Assembly (NCBI GenBank): GCA_964514105.1
Contig: CAZEPJ010000003.1
Coordinates: forward strand, 41,736 to 105,735
Direction: 5' to 3'
Source of the DNA: an uncultured Desulfarculaceae bacterium
GTDB lineage: Bacteria; Desulfobacterota; Desulfocorpusculales; Desulfocorpusculum
Length of the DNA stretch: 64,000 bases
Part shown: piece after piece, positions 10,613 through 20,030 of the stretch
How the letters are laid out: each line of letters starts with the position of its first letter
How positions within the stretch are numbered: the first letter of the stretch is position 1
The notes under the pieces: generated by a model
What the model was told of the DNA's origin: nothing
The model's database searches: none
Seen by the model: only the letters and a program-made list of their open reading frames with translations
Program-made: the position numbers and the translations under genes

Positions 10613-10641
10613 ACTATAATGAGGGTCAGACCCCTTGTCAA
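10613..10641 (-). promoter_or_regulatory. Sigma70-type promoter for the mraZ/dcw operon: -35 TTGACA, 17-nt spacer, -10 TATAGT (minus strand)
   Basis: The minus strand reads TTGACAaggggtctgaccctcatTATAGT, a perfect -35 and near-consensus -10 with a 17-nt spacer, about 50 nt upstream of the mraZ ATG. Immediately upstream is an A6/T6-flanked hairpin (plus 10641-10672). Confidence 0.5.
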
Positions 10642-11362
10642 GGAAAAAAGCGAAGGTTATCGCCTTTTTTCAGATGATAGCCATGGTGGGATGAAACGAG
10701 CGTTTTTTCGCCTCAAGAGGCGGATTCACCCCCTTCTCTGGGCCGTGGGACCGGAAGGGGTCCAAGGGAGTCCATGTGTGGTGGGATGCCGTGCCAGAGA
10801 AGGCCCCGGGCGTGGACCGAGCCTTCGACGGGAAGGCCGAGGTCCATGGGCGAGGCGGCCCCCGCCCGAGGCTGCGACAGGCCACAAGGAAGGCTGAACC
10901 GCGCGTGGGGGAGGCCGATTCCCACCTGCCTCCAAGGAGGATCTCTCCCAGTCCTCCATCATCTCCGGCAGCGGATCGACTCGCACCAGCGCGTCTTTTC
11001 CTGCCTCCTGGATGGGGGCGCGCCGTGCCCCGCGGATGCCCCGCGGCCTGGCCACCAGCCCCCCCCTCACAGGGCCATCCCCCTGCATCGCACCCCACCC
11101 GGAAGACGCCTCTTGTCCATGGCATACGATGCCAACCGCCCGTGCCACAGGTGCCCCCTCCATCCCCCGCGAGACTTCACCGGGCGCGTGGAGCGGCGGT
11201 CGGTCTCCCCAATCCCCCCTTGACGGGCCATCGTGGTGTCCCCGAAATGACCTCGAGTGCCAATTCCACCCGGCTGTGGGAGGGATTTCATAGCGTTGCT
11301 TCCCGATGTGTGGTAGGCTACCGTCCAAAAGCGCCCCCCCGAACCGAGAGGAGGAAAGGACC

Positions 11363-12118
11363 ATGAGAGCCCACAAGAGCATTGCCTTGGGATTGATCTC
11401 GATCACATGGGTCTTGATCACCTGCCTGGATTCCTGGGGCGAGCCAAGGGCGATCTCCCGCTGTGTGACCATCCATAACCCCGGCTCGTATAACATCACC
11501 AGGAACTTGACAGCAACCGGTGACTGCATCGTCATCAAGACGGATTACGTCACCATCGATCTCGCTGGGTTCACCATCAGCGGGTCCGGTTCGGGCAGCG
11601 GCATCGTGGCCGTGCCACCGGAAGATGGCGACCGCAAGGCGATCACGGTGCGCAACGGCATGGTCCGGGGCTTCGCTCATGGTGTGGACCTGAGCAATAC
11701 GGTCCTGGCCGTGGCAGAGCGCCTCACCGTGGTGGGGAACAGCCAGACTGGGCTGGGAATCGGAGGCTGGGGAAAGGTCAAGGACTGCCTGGCCCAGGAT
11801 AACGGGATCGGGATCCTGGCCGGGGCCTCAGTGGTCGTCACCAACAGCGTGGCCTCCTTCAACCAGAGGACTCCGGGCATCGGGTTCGAACTCGGTTATA
11901 ACAACACGGTCATCGGCAACATCGCCCAGGAAAACGGGTCCCATGGGATTCGGGTGAGCAACGGATCCACCATTGTCAACAACAGCTCCAGCGCTCATCC
12001 CCAGGCGGGCTTTCAGGTGGTCTGCCCCAGCAACCTCATCGGAAACACAGCCAGCTTCAACGGAACCCACTATGATCTCCAGTCGTCTGGCTGCAACTCG
12101 AGCAACAATGTCCCGTAA
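11363..12118 (+). CDS. Secreted right-handed parallel beta-helix repeat protein (pectate-lyase/NosD-like fold)
   Basis: Strong RBS GAGGAGGAAAGGACC before the ATG. It has an N-terminal signal peptide (MRAHKSIALGLISITWVLITCL). Repeats rich in G/N/S/T/V/I (GNSQTGLGIGG, NGIGILAG, NNTVIGNIAQ, NGSTIVNNSS) are typical of beta-helix proteins. GC is visibly lower than in flanking genes. Confidence 0.6.
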   Translation: MRAHKSIALGLISITWVLITCLDSWGEPRAISRCVTIHNPGSYNITRNLTATGDCIVIKTDYVTIDLAGFTISGSGSGSGIVAVPPEDGDRKAITVRNGMVRGFAHGVDLSNTVLAVAERLTVVGNSQTGLGIGGWGKVKDCLAQDNGIGILAGASVVVTNSVASFNQRTPGIGFELGYNNTVIGNIAQENGSHGIRVSNGSTIVNNSSSAHPQAGFQVVCPSNLIGNTASFNGTHYDLQSSGCNSSNNVP

Positions 12119-12128
12119 GGAAGTGGGA

Positions 12129-12176
12129 AGGACGGGGCACGGGGCCTGAAGTGTCCATCACAGGCCCGTTCCCGTC
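12129..12176 (+). terminator. Candidate intrinsic terminator-like hairpin just after the beta-helix gene (GC-rich imperfect stem, no clear U-tract)
   Basis: GGACGGGGCACGGGGCC ...16-nt loop... GGCCCGTTCCCGTCC, immediately 3' of the stop at 12118. Confidence 0.3.
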
Positions 12177-13367
12177 CGTCCTGCGACCCTGAGGGTCACC
12201 TTCCCTTCCTCCTTGCTTCCCTCCAGGAACTGGAAGGCGTCCCGGGCGCCATCCGGCAAGGGTATGAAGAGTCCGCAGAGGGCCAGGAGATGACGGGATG
12301 CCGGAGGGAGGCGTATGCGAATGGGGCGTTGGAGTTGAACGGGGAGGGGCGGAGCCCCCGGGCCTGCCAGGCCCGGGAACGCCGCTTGTTGGACCAACCA
12401 CTAAAGAGAGGTTCAGAGGACGGGCTGGTGGGTGGAGCGTCTAGAAGGACTCGGCGCAGAGCTGGGGCTCCTCCTTCAGGATCTCCAGGGGGGATGCCTG
12501 GGGGGCGGCGGCCGCCTCGGCCACCACGTGAAAGACGTGGGTGTTATCGATGATCCGGGTGCATGGGTATCATTGCATGCAGAACTCCTCCCGCTGAAGG
12601 TCTGAGAGCGGGCGTGCGGCAGAGACGGCGAGGGGGAAGGAGGCCCTCCCCAAGACGTCCTGCTGCGCGCGCTGCCGCCCAACGGTTTGGCGGCATTGCC
12701 CCTCGAGGACGCCTGGAGGATAGGAAGGGTGCGTGACGGGATTGTGTCGCCGACGATGAATCTGCGTGAACGGCAGTGCGTTCCAATTCACCTCTTCTGG
12801 GACCTTGGGACTGCGCAGCGCGGAAGGCCGGTTGTGCCGACGCCGATAGGGCCGATGACCATTGGTGTGCCCCGGTGGCGACGGGGTCCCCATGCCCATC
12901 GCCCTGCAGCCGTGCCAAAGCCGTCCCGTCGAACGGGCTTCGGACTTCGCCCGCAGGGGGTGCACATGCTGTTTGAATGCAGCCATGGCATCTCCGGTTG
13001 GAGACGAGGTCAGGGATACGGCTTCATCAATCCCGGCTCGACTCGCGGGGTGATGTCGATGGCCAAGTGCACACACAGATCAGGTGCCCCTCACAAGGGG
13101 ATCCAGAGTGCGTAGTGGAGCTTTTCTTCTGCCCGGACCAACCCTTGGTGGTCCTTGCCAGCAGTGCGGCGTCCGCCCGTCATTGTTCGCGAGCGGCCTT
13201 CCGACGAGAGATTGGACCCTCCAGCGTGCCTTGCATGGGACCATGTCGGCCCTTGCAGAGAAGTCAACCCGCCTCCACCCCAGGAAACAAGGGGGGAAGG
13301 GCCCTCCGGCCCGTCTTGACAGGCCGGGGAGCAAGGGGGTATCAAGGGGCTGAAGGAGGGTGGAGCG

Positions 13368-15107
13368 TTGAGGGAAATCCGCATCGCCCTGGCGCAGATG
13401 GACACGCGGGTGGGGGACATCCCGGGCAACGCCCGGAAGATCGAGGATTGGATTTGCCGGGCCCGGGAGGCGGGGGCCGACCTCGTCTGTTTCCCGGAGC
13501 TGACCCTCACCGGGTACCCCCCGGAGGACCTGCTCCTCATGCCCCACTTCGTGGAGAGAAATCTCCAGGCCTTGGAGCAGGTCGCCCGGGCGTGCGCGGG
13601 CATCTGTGCGCTGGTGGGCTTCGTGGACCGCGAGGACGACATCTACAACGCGGCGGCCCTCATCCACGACGGCCGCCACGTGGCCACCTATCGGAAGCAT
13701 TACCTTCCCACGTACGGGGTCTTCGACGAGGATCGCTACTTTCAGCCCGGTGAGATGGCCCTGGTGGCCTCCCTGCGCGGGGTCCGGCTGGGCGTCACCA
13801 TTTGCGAGGACCTCTGGTACCCCATGGGGCCGGCCCGGGTAGCGGCCCTCCAGGGAAACGCCGAGCTCCTGGTCAATCTCTCCTCCAGCCCGTACCACGT
13901 GGGCAAACGGGCCGCCAAAGAGCAAATGCTGGCAACCCGGGCCGCGGACAACCGGGTTTTTGTGGCCTATGTCAACCGGGTTGGCGGACAGGACGAGCTG
14001 GTCTTCGACGGCCAGAGCCTCCTGCTCAGCCCGGAGGGGGACGTCCTGGCCCGGGGCCCGGCCTTTGCCGAGGCGCTCATCATCATGGACCTGGAGGCCG
14101 CGCCCCTGCTGCGGGCTCGGCTCTCGGACCCCCGGCGGCGAAAGGAGAAGATCTTCGAGTCCGCCCAGTCCCTCCCCCTGCGGTCCATGGTCTTGGAGGA
14201 CTTGCCCGCCAGGACCCAACGGGCACCCGTTCCCACCACCCTGTGCCCCCCCCCGGATCCGGACGAGGAGATCCTGGAGGCCCTGCGCCTGGGCACCAGA
14301 TGCTACGTGAGGAACAACGGCTTCCGGGAGGTGGCCGTGGGGCTCAGCGGGGGCATCGACTCAGCCCTTACCGCCGTGGTGGCGGCCCAGGCCCTGGGGG
14401 CCGGCGCCGTGGTGGGGGTGATCATGCCCTCGGTCTACACGTCCGAACAAAGCGTGCACGACGCCCGCGCCCTGGCCGGGAATCTGGGGATCCGGTCTCT
14501 GGAGATCCCCATCCAGGAGATCCAGGAGGCTTATCTGAATACGTTGGCCCAGGCCTTCCAGGGGCATGGCCCCGACGTCACCGAGGAGAACCTCCAGGCC
14601 CGCATCCGGGGCAACCTCCTGATGGCCCTCTCCAACAAGTTCGGGTGGCTGGTGCTCACCACCGGCAACAAGAGCGAGACCTCCATGGGGTACTGCACCC
14701 TGTACGGCGACATGGCAGGCGGCTTCGGGGTCATCAAGGATGTGCCCAAGACCTGGGTCTACCGTCTGGCCGGTTATGTCAACCGGACTGCCGGCACGGA
14801 CCTCATTCCCGAGAGCATCCTGGCGCGTCCTCCCACGGCGGAGTTGCGCCCGGGGCAGCTGGACACCGACAGCCTCCCCCCGTACGAGACCCTGGATCCC
14901 ATCCTCCAGGCTTATGTCGAGGAGGAGATGAGCCCCGACGAGATCGCGGAGCTGGGATTCCACCGCCCCACTGTGGTCCAGGTGCTCAGGAGCGTGGACC
15001 GCAGCGAGTACAAGCGCCGGCAATCGCCGCCGGGGATCAAGATCACGGCCCGGGCATTCGGCAAAGAGCGCAGGCTTCCCATCACCAACCAGTACCGGGT
15101 GGAGTGA
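13368..15107 (+). CDS. nadE: Glutamine-dependent NAD+ synthetase
   Basis: 579 aa with an N-terminal carbon-nitrogen hydrolase (glutaminase) domain (FPELTLTGYPPED, ICEDLWYP). The C-terminal NAD synthetase domain has the PP-loop SGGIDSAL. TTG start with an AAGGAGGG RBS. Confidence 0.9.
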   Translation: MREIRIALAQMDTRVGDIPGNARKIEDWICRAREAGADLVCFPELTLTGYPPEDLLLMPHFVERNLQALEQVARACAGICALVGFVDREDDIYNAAALIHDGRHVATYRKHYLPTYGVFDEDRYFQPGEMALVASLRGVRLGVTICEDLWYPMGPARVAALQGNAELLVNLSSSPYHVGKRAAKEQMLATRAADNRVFVAYVNRVGGQDELVFDGQSLLLSPEGDVLARGPAFAEALIIMDLEAAPLLRARLSDPRRRKEKIFESAQSLPLRSMVLEDLPARTQRAPVPTTLCPPPDPDEEILEALRLGTRCYVRNNGFREVAVGLSGGIDSALTAVVAAQALGAGAVVGVIMPSVYTSEQSVHDARALAGNLGIRSLEIPIQEIQEAYLNTLAQAFQGHGPDVTEENLQARIRGNLLMALSNKFGWLVLTTGNKSETSMGYCTLYGDMAGGFGVIKDVPKTWVYRLAGYVNRTAGTDLIPESILARPPTAELRPGQLDTDSLPPYETLDPILQAYVEEEMSPDEIAELGFHRPTVVQVLRSVDRSEYKRRQSPPGIKITARAFGKERRLPITNQYRVE

Positions 15108-15210
15108 TGTCCGCCCCGGTGCGGAGCCCCCCCGGCCCGAGCAAGGCGGCGGGCCCCCCGTGCCGGCGCGGGACGGCGGCGCTCAGTCACCCAGGAAGAT
15201 CGGCAGGATC

Positions 15211-16785
15211 ATGGCCAGGGGCAATATACAGACCAAGGGGCGGGAACCGGACCGCCTTCGCAGGCAGGCCCGGGAGCTGGAGTGCCTGAGCCGCATCGCC
15301 GAAGCCCTCTCCTCGTCGCTGGATCTCCAGGTGACTCTGCAGGAGATCCTGGAGATCCTCTCCCGTGATATGGGCATGAGCCGCGGGACCCTGACCCTCC
15401 TCAACCCACGCACTGGCGAGCTGGCCATCGAGATCGCCCACGGCCTTTCCTGGGAGGAGCAGCAGCGGGGGCGATACCGCCTGGGAGAGGGGATCACCGG
15501 CCGGGTGGTGGAGTCCGGCCAGCCCATGCTCATCCCCCGCATCGGGGACGAGCCCCTCTTCCTGGACCGCACCCGCTCCCGCCGGCGCATTCCCAAGGAC
15601 AAGATCTCCTTCCTGTGCGTCCCCATCACCGTGGGTCGCAACGTGCTGGGCGCCCTGAGCGTGGATCGCCTCTTCACGGAGGAGGTCGACCTCCAGGAGG
15701 ACCTCAGGCTCCTGCGGATCATCGCGGCCATGGTGGGCCAGGCGGTGAAGATCCATCAGGCGGTGGCGGAGGAGAAGGAGCGGCTCATGGGGGAGAACCT
15801 CAAGCTCCACCAGGAGCTCCGGGAGCGGTACCGCTTCCAGAACATCGTGGGGAGCGGCCGCAAGATGCAGGAGCTGTTCCAGGCCATCGCACAGGTCTCC
15901 CGCAGCGACGCCACCGTCCTGATCCGAGGGGAGAGCGGCACGGGCAAGGAACTTGTGGCCCACGCCATCCATTACAACAGCCTGCGCAGTCAGGGGCCCT
16001 TCGTGCGGGTGAGCTGTGCGGCACTGCCCGAGTCCCTCATCGAGAGCGAGCTGTTCGGCCACGAGCGGGGGGCCTTCACCGGGGCCCTGGCCGCCAAGAA
16101 GGGGCGGTTCGAGGCGGCCCATGGCGGCACCCTGTTCCTGGATGAGGTGGGGGACCTGAGCCCCCCGGTCCAGGTCAAACTCTTGCGGGTCCTCCAGGAG
16201 CGGGAGTTCGAACGACTGGGCTCCACGCGGACTGTCCCCGTGGACGTCCGCATCATCGCGGCCACCCATCAGGATCTGGAGGAGGGCATGCGGCAGGGCC
16301 GCTTCCGGGAGGACCTGTACTACCGATTGAACGTCTTTCCCCTCTACCTTCCCCCCCTGAGGGAGCGCAGGACGGATATCCTCCTGCTCGCCGAGCACTT
16401 CCTGGAGAAATACGCCGGGCAGTACGGCAAGCAGATCCGCCGCATCTCCACGCCGGCCATCGACATGCTCGTGGCCTATCACTGGCCGGGCAACGTCCGG
16501 GAGTTGGAGAACTGGATGGAGCGGGCCGTCATCGTCTGCAGCGAAGAGGTCATCTACAGCTACCACTTCCCCCCGACGCTCCAGACGGCCGAGGCCACGG
16601 GCACGCCGGTGCGAGAGCCCCTCAAGGCCGCCGTGGCCCGGCTGGAGCGCGAGCTGATCATCGACGCCCTCAAGTCCACCCGGGGAAATCGATCCAAGGC
16701 GGCCCGGCTCCTCCAGACCACCGACAGGATCATGGGGTACAAGGTGGAGGCCTATGGCATCGACCCCCGCAAGTACAGGGCATAG
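15211..16785 (+). CDS. NifA-type sigma54-dependent transcriptional activator (GAF sensor + AAA+ sigma54-interaction domain + Fis-type HTH)
   Basis: N-terminal GAF domain. The central domain carries GESGTGKE (Walker A), GAFTGA (sigma54 contact) and ESELFGHE. The C-terminus has a Fis-type HTH (RGNRSKAARLLQTTDRIMGYK). Confidence 0.85.
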   Translation: MARGNIQTKGREPDRLRRQARELECLSRIAEALSSSLDLQVTLQEILEILSRDMGMSRGTLTLLNPRTGELAIEIAHGLSWEEQQRGRYRLGEGITGRVVESGQPMLIPRIGDEPLFLDRTRSRRRIPKDKISFLCVPITVGRNVLGALSVDRLFTEEVDLQEDLRLLRIIAAMVGQAVKIHQAVAEEKERLMGENLKLHQELRERYRFQNIVGSGRKMQELFQAIAQVSRSDATVLIRGESGTGKELVAHAIHYNSLRSQGPFVRVSCAALPESLIESELFGHERGAFTGALAAKKGRFEAAHGGTLFLDEVGDLSPPVQVKLLRVLQEREFERLGSTRTVPVDVRIIAATHQDLEEGMRQGRFREDLYYRLNVFPLYLPPLRERRTDILLLAEHFLEKYAGQYGKQIRRISTPAIDMLVAYHWPGNVRELENWMERAVIVCSEEVIYSYHFPPTLQTAEATGTPVREPLKAAVARLERELIIDALKSTRGNRSKAARLLQTTDRIMGYKVEAYGIDPRKYRA

Positions 16786-16801
16786 GAAGTATGCCAGAGG
16801 G

Positions 16802-17227
16802 TCAGTACGGGGCCCAGTATCGGTACCCCGGGACCCAACGCCCGTAGGGGTCCCAGTAGCCCGGCACGTGAACCCATCGGCCCGGGGGCGGGCCGTAGCG
16901 GGCCGGAGGCGGGTAGTCGTAGGCGTATGGGGGGCGCAGGACCCCCGTGTCGTACAGGGAACCGGCCAGGATTCCGGCCCCGGCCCCGAGGGCGGCCCCC
17001 CGGGCGTTGCCGGTGATGCCGTAGCCCAGGGCCGCACCGGCCGCCCCGCCCGTGGCCGCGCATCCCGACACGAGCAGGCCGCCAGCCAGGGCGGCCGCCA
17101 AGAGCAGGGCGGTGCGGGAGCCCCCCAAACGGCGGCGGGGCCTCGCGGCTGCAGGGCATGTCCCCCGGCCCTTCAACCCCCACGGCAGGGCGCCCCGGGT
17201 CCCTCGCTTGCACACATGGGCATCCAC
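16802..17227 (-). CDS. Glycine-zipper lipoprotein (YMGG-like), with a C-terminal Pro/Tyr/Trp-rich tail
   Basis: Signal peptide with a lipobox (LLLAAALAGGLLVSGC) and a glycine-zipper core (GGAAGAALGYGITGNARGAALGAGAGILAGSLY). The tail reads YDYPPPARYGPPPGRWVHVPGYWDPYGRWVPGYRYWAPY. Start is ambiguous: ATG at 17227 or TTG at 17128. Confidence 0.5.
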   Translation of the reverse strand: MDAHVCKRGTRGALPWGLKGRGTCPAAARPRRRLGGSRTALLLAAALAGGLLVSGCAATGGAAGAALGYGITGNARGAALGAGAGILAGSLYDTGVLRPPYAYDYPPPARYGPPPGRWVHVPGYWDPYGRWVPGYRYWAPY

Positions 17228-17535
17228 GTCTCTTCCCCCTTTCGTGGTTGGGGCCCTTCACGGGTAGCCCCGATGACCCTTTAGTCGTCCCCCCGGTCGG
17301 AGGGTTTACCCATGTGCGGACCACCTTGCGCCGGCCCTGTTTTGGGGTAGAATCGCCCTTGCGATCCGGCGGGGCCGGGCGGCCGAGCCGGACAGTTGGG
17401 GGATCTTGTCCGGTCGTCATGCCATTGCCGCGGCGTCGACATGGTTTTGTCACGTCGATGGCACATTGTGGGGTGCGACGGGCCGATGACCCTCGAAGGC
17501 CGGCCTCGGGAGGACGAAGCGCGGAGCGGGATGCC

Positions 17536-18225
17536 ATGGCGCAGATGACGATCCTGGTGGTGGAGGACGAACGGGACATCCTGGAGTTGGTCGAGTACAA
17601 CCTCAAGCAGGCCGGCTTCCGGGTCCTGACCGCCCAAGACGGTGCGGAGGGGCTCCAGTTGGCCAGGCGCGAGCGGCCGGACCTGGTGATCCTGGACCTC
17701 ATGCTCCCCAAGGTCGACGGCAAGGAGGTCTGCCGCCGCATTCGACAGGAGGAGGAGACCCGGACCATCCCCGTGGTCATGCTCACGGCCCGAGCCGAGG
17801 AGGTTGACCGCATCGTGGGATTCGAGATCGGGGCCGATGACTACGTGACCAAGCCCTTCAGCCCCCAGGAACTGGTCTTGCGCGTCCAGGCCATCATGCG
17901 GCGCACCCGGGAGCCGGCACCGGCCACGGGACCCCTGCGGTTCGCCGAGCTCACCATCGATCCCGAACGCCACCGGGCCGATGTGGACGGTCGGGAAATC
18001 GCCCTGACGGCCACGGAGTTCCGTCTCCTGTACCACCTGGCCGCCAACGCGGGGAAGGTCCAGAGCCGCGAGGTCCTCTTGGACAGGGTGTGGGGGTACG
18101 CGTACGAAGGGTATGCACGCACCGTGGACACCCACGTCAGGCGCCTGCGCCACAAGTTGGGGAGCGCCAGGGACCGCATCGAGACCTTGCGGGGCCTGGG
18201 CTATCGCTTCCGGGAGGCCCCATGA
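17536..18225 (+). CDS. OmpR/PhoB-family response regulator (receiver + winged-helix DNA-binding)
   Basis: MAQMTILVVEDERDILELVEYNLKQAGFRV...DLMLPKVDG...; the winged helix ends ...LRGLGYRFREAP. Its stop overlaps the kinase start (ATGA). Confidence 0.9.
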   Translation: MAQMTILVVEDERDILELVEYNLKQAGFRVLTAQDGAEGLQLARRERPDLVILDLMLPKVDGKEVCRRIRQEEETRTIPVVMLTARAEEVDRIVGFEIGADDYVTKPFSPQELVLRVQAIMRRTREPAPATGPLRFAELTIDPERHRADVDGREIALTATEFRLLYHLAANAGKVQSREVLLDRVWGYAYEGYARTVDTHVRRLRHKLGSARDRIETLRGLGYRFREAP

Positions 18226-20030
18226 GGGGAAGACTCCCCTTCCACACGTGGGTGCTCGGCGGATGCCTCCTGGTGGTCGCCCTGACCCTCCTCGTTGTGG
18301 GATGGCTCCTGCACGGGACCCTCAAGGAACGCATGGTGCTCCAGGTCCGGGATGGGCTGCGCCAGGACCTCCTGGCGCTCCGGGAGCTCGTCTCCACCCA
18401 ATGGGGTGCAACCCGGGACCCCCTGGAGCTCCCGTCCCTCGCCCAGCATCTGGGGAGGCGTCTGGGGCTGCGGGTCACCCTGATCACCCCCGACGGCCGG
18501 GTGGCGGGGGACTCGGAGGTGGCCCGCCCGGAGCTGCCCGACCTGGAGAACCACATCACCCGGCCGGAGGTGATCCAGGCCCTGGCCGGTGGCGAGGGAT
18601 GGCACGTCCGGCGAAGCGCCAGCATGCTCACGGATTCCCTGTACGTGGCCGGTCTCCTGGGGAGCAGAGCCGATCCCCAGCTCATCCTTCGGGCGGCGGC
18701 GCCCCTCACGGCGGTGGAGGAGTCCCTGGCCCGCCTGCGCCGCTCCATCCTCTGGTCCTCCCTCGTGGGGATCGTCCTGTCGGTATGCATCGGCTACCTG
18801 GTCGCCCGGCGCATCTCCAGGCCCGTGGGCGCGCTTCGGCAGAATGCCTTGGGCATGGTTCGGGACCTATCCATCATGGCCGAGCGCATCGCGGGAGGCG
18901 GGCCTGCCCCATCCCATTTGGGCGCGCACGGCCCTCCCGAGATCGGGGACCTGGGCCGGGCCTTGCAGACCCTGTCGGAGAGGCTCCGGGGGGAGATCCA
19001 ATCTGTCACGCGGGGGAAGGACCGCCTGGAGGCCATCCTGAGCGCCATGGTGGAGGCCGTCATGGTCACCGACGGCCAAGGGCGCATCCTCCTGACCAAT
19101 CGCGCCTTTCGGGGTCTGCTGGGCCTGGACCTGGACCCGGTTGGACGCACGGCCGCCGAGCTCTTCCGCAAGCCCGACCTCCAGGAGGCGGTTCAGGAAG
19201 TCATCGAGGGGATTCCCCACAAATCCTTGGAGATCCGAACCCTTGGCCCCGCCAGGACCCTGGAGGTCCACGTGGTCCGGCTGGGAAACGAGGCCGTGGA
19301 GTCGGGTGCCGTGGCCGTGTTCCATGACGTCACGGAGCGGAAGCGCCTGGAGAAGGTCCGTCGGGACTTCGTGGCCAATGTCTCCCACGAATTGAGGACC
19401 CCCCTGACGGCCATCCGGGGATCGGTGGAGACTTTGCTCTCCGGCGCCCTGGACGACCCCAAGTACGCCCGACACTTCGTCGAGATGGTCCAGCGGCACG
19501 TGGCCAGGCTCCAGCGCCTCCTGGACGACTTGCTGAGTCTCGCCCGCATCGAGTCCGGAGAGACCAGCCCCCGGCGGGAGGCGGTCCCCGTGGCCGAGCT
19601 GGCCGACGCGGTCCTGGGGACCTTCGCCGAGCTGGCCGCCTCCCTGGGGGTGGAGCTGATTCGAGACCTCCCCAGGGAGGAGATCGCAGTGCACGGCGAC
19701 CGCCGGCAGCTGGAGCAGGCCCTCCTGAATCTCCTGGACAACGCCCTCAAGTACACGGAAAGCGGGGGCCGGGTCACCCTCCGGGTCCTGACCGCGGGCG
19801 AGGAAGTCCACCTCTTGGTGTCAGACACGGGGGCGGGGATCCCCGCCGAGCATCTTCCCAGGATCTTCGAGCGCTTCTACCGCGTGGACAGGGCCCGCTC
19901 CCGGGAACTCGGGGGGACGGGCCTGGGCCTCTCCATCGTCAAGCACATCGTCCAGTCCCACGGCGGCCGGGTGGAGGTGGAGAGTGCCGTGGGCAGGGGC
20001 AGCTCCTTCCGGATCGTGCTCCCGGCGTGA
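18222..20030 (+). CDS. Sensor histidine kinase (two TM segments with a periplasmic domain, HAMP, PAS, HisKA, HATPase); PhoR-like partner of the adjacent regulator
   Basis: TM1 WVLGGCLLVVALTLLVVGWLL, then about 160 aa of periplasmic sequence, then TM2. The H-box is HELRTPLTAIRGS. The HATPase_c domain has N (LLDNALKY), G1 (DTGAGI) and G2 (GGTGLGLSIV) boxes. Confidence 0.9.
   Translation: MRGRLPFHTWVLGGCLLVVALTLLVVGWLLHGTLKERMVLQVRDGLRQDLLALRELVSTQWGATRDPLELPSLAQHLGRRLGLRVTLITPDGRVAGDSEVARPELPDLENHITRPEVIQALAGGEGWHVRRSASMLTDSLYVAGLLGSRADPQLILRAAAPLTAVEESLARLRRSILWSSLVGIVLSVCIGYLVARRISRPVGALRQNALGMVRDLSIMAERIAGGGPAPSHLGAHGPPEIGDLGRALQTLSERLRGEIQSVTRGKDRLEAILSAMVEAVMVTDGQGRILLTNRAFRGLLGLDLDPVGRTAAELFRKPDLQEAVQEVIEGIPHKSLEIRTLGPARTLEVHVVRLGNEAVESGAVAVFHDVTERKRLEKVRRDFVANVSHELRTPLTAIRGSVETLLSGALDDPKYARHFVEMVQRHVARLQRLLDDLLSLARIESGETSPRREAVPVAELADAVLGTFAELAASLGVELIRDLPREEIAVHGDRRQLEQALLNLLDNALKYTESGGRVTLRVLTAGEEVHLLVSDTGAGIPAEHLPRIFERFYRVDRARSRELGGTGLGLSIVKHIVQSHGGRVEVESAVGRGSSFRIVLPA

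Noticed and set aside
12544-13076. ORFs 12570..13076 (-, 168 aa), 12544..12918 (-, 124 aa) and 12977..13753 (+, 258 aa) in the gap before nadE
   Set aside because: No RBS, composition dominated by R/A/P/G, and no domain recognisable. The region is treated as non-coding (see finding), though a decayed gene cannot be excluded.
15187-17037. 616-aa minus-strand ORF antisense to the NifA-like regulator
   Set aside because: It is entirely antisense to a gene with unmistakable AAA+ motifs. The translation is Gly/Pro/Arg/Asp-rich with no motifs.
17455-17475. TGGCAC motif about 70 nt upstream of the response-regulator gene
   Set aside because: It has only the -24 half (TGGCAC). The expected TTGC at -12 with the correct spacing is absent, so it is not called as a sigma54 promoter.
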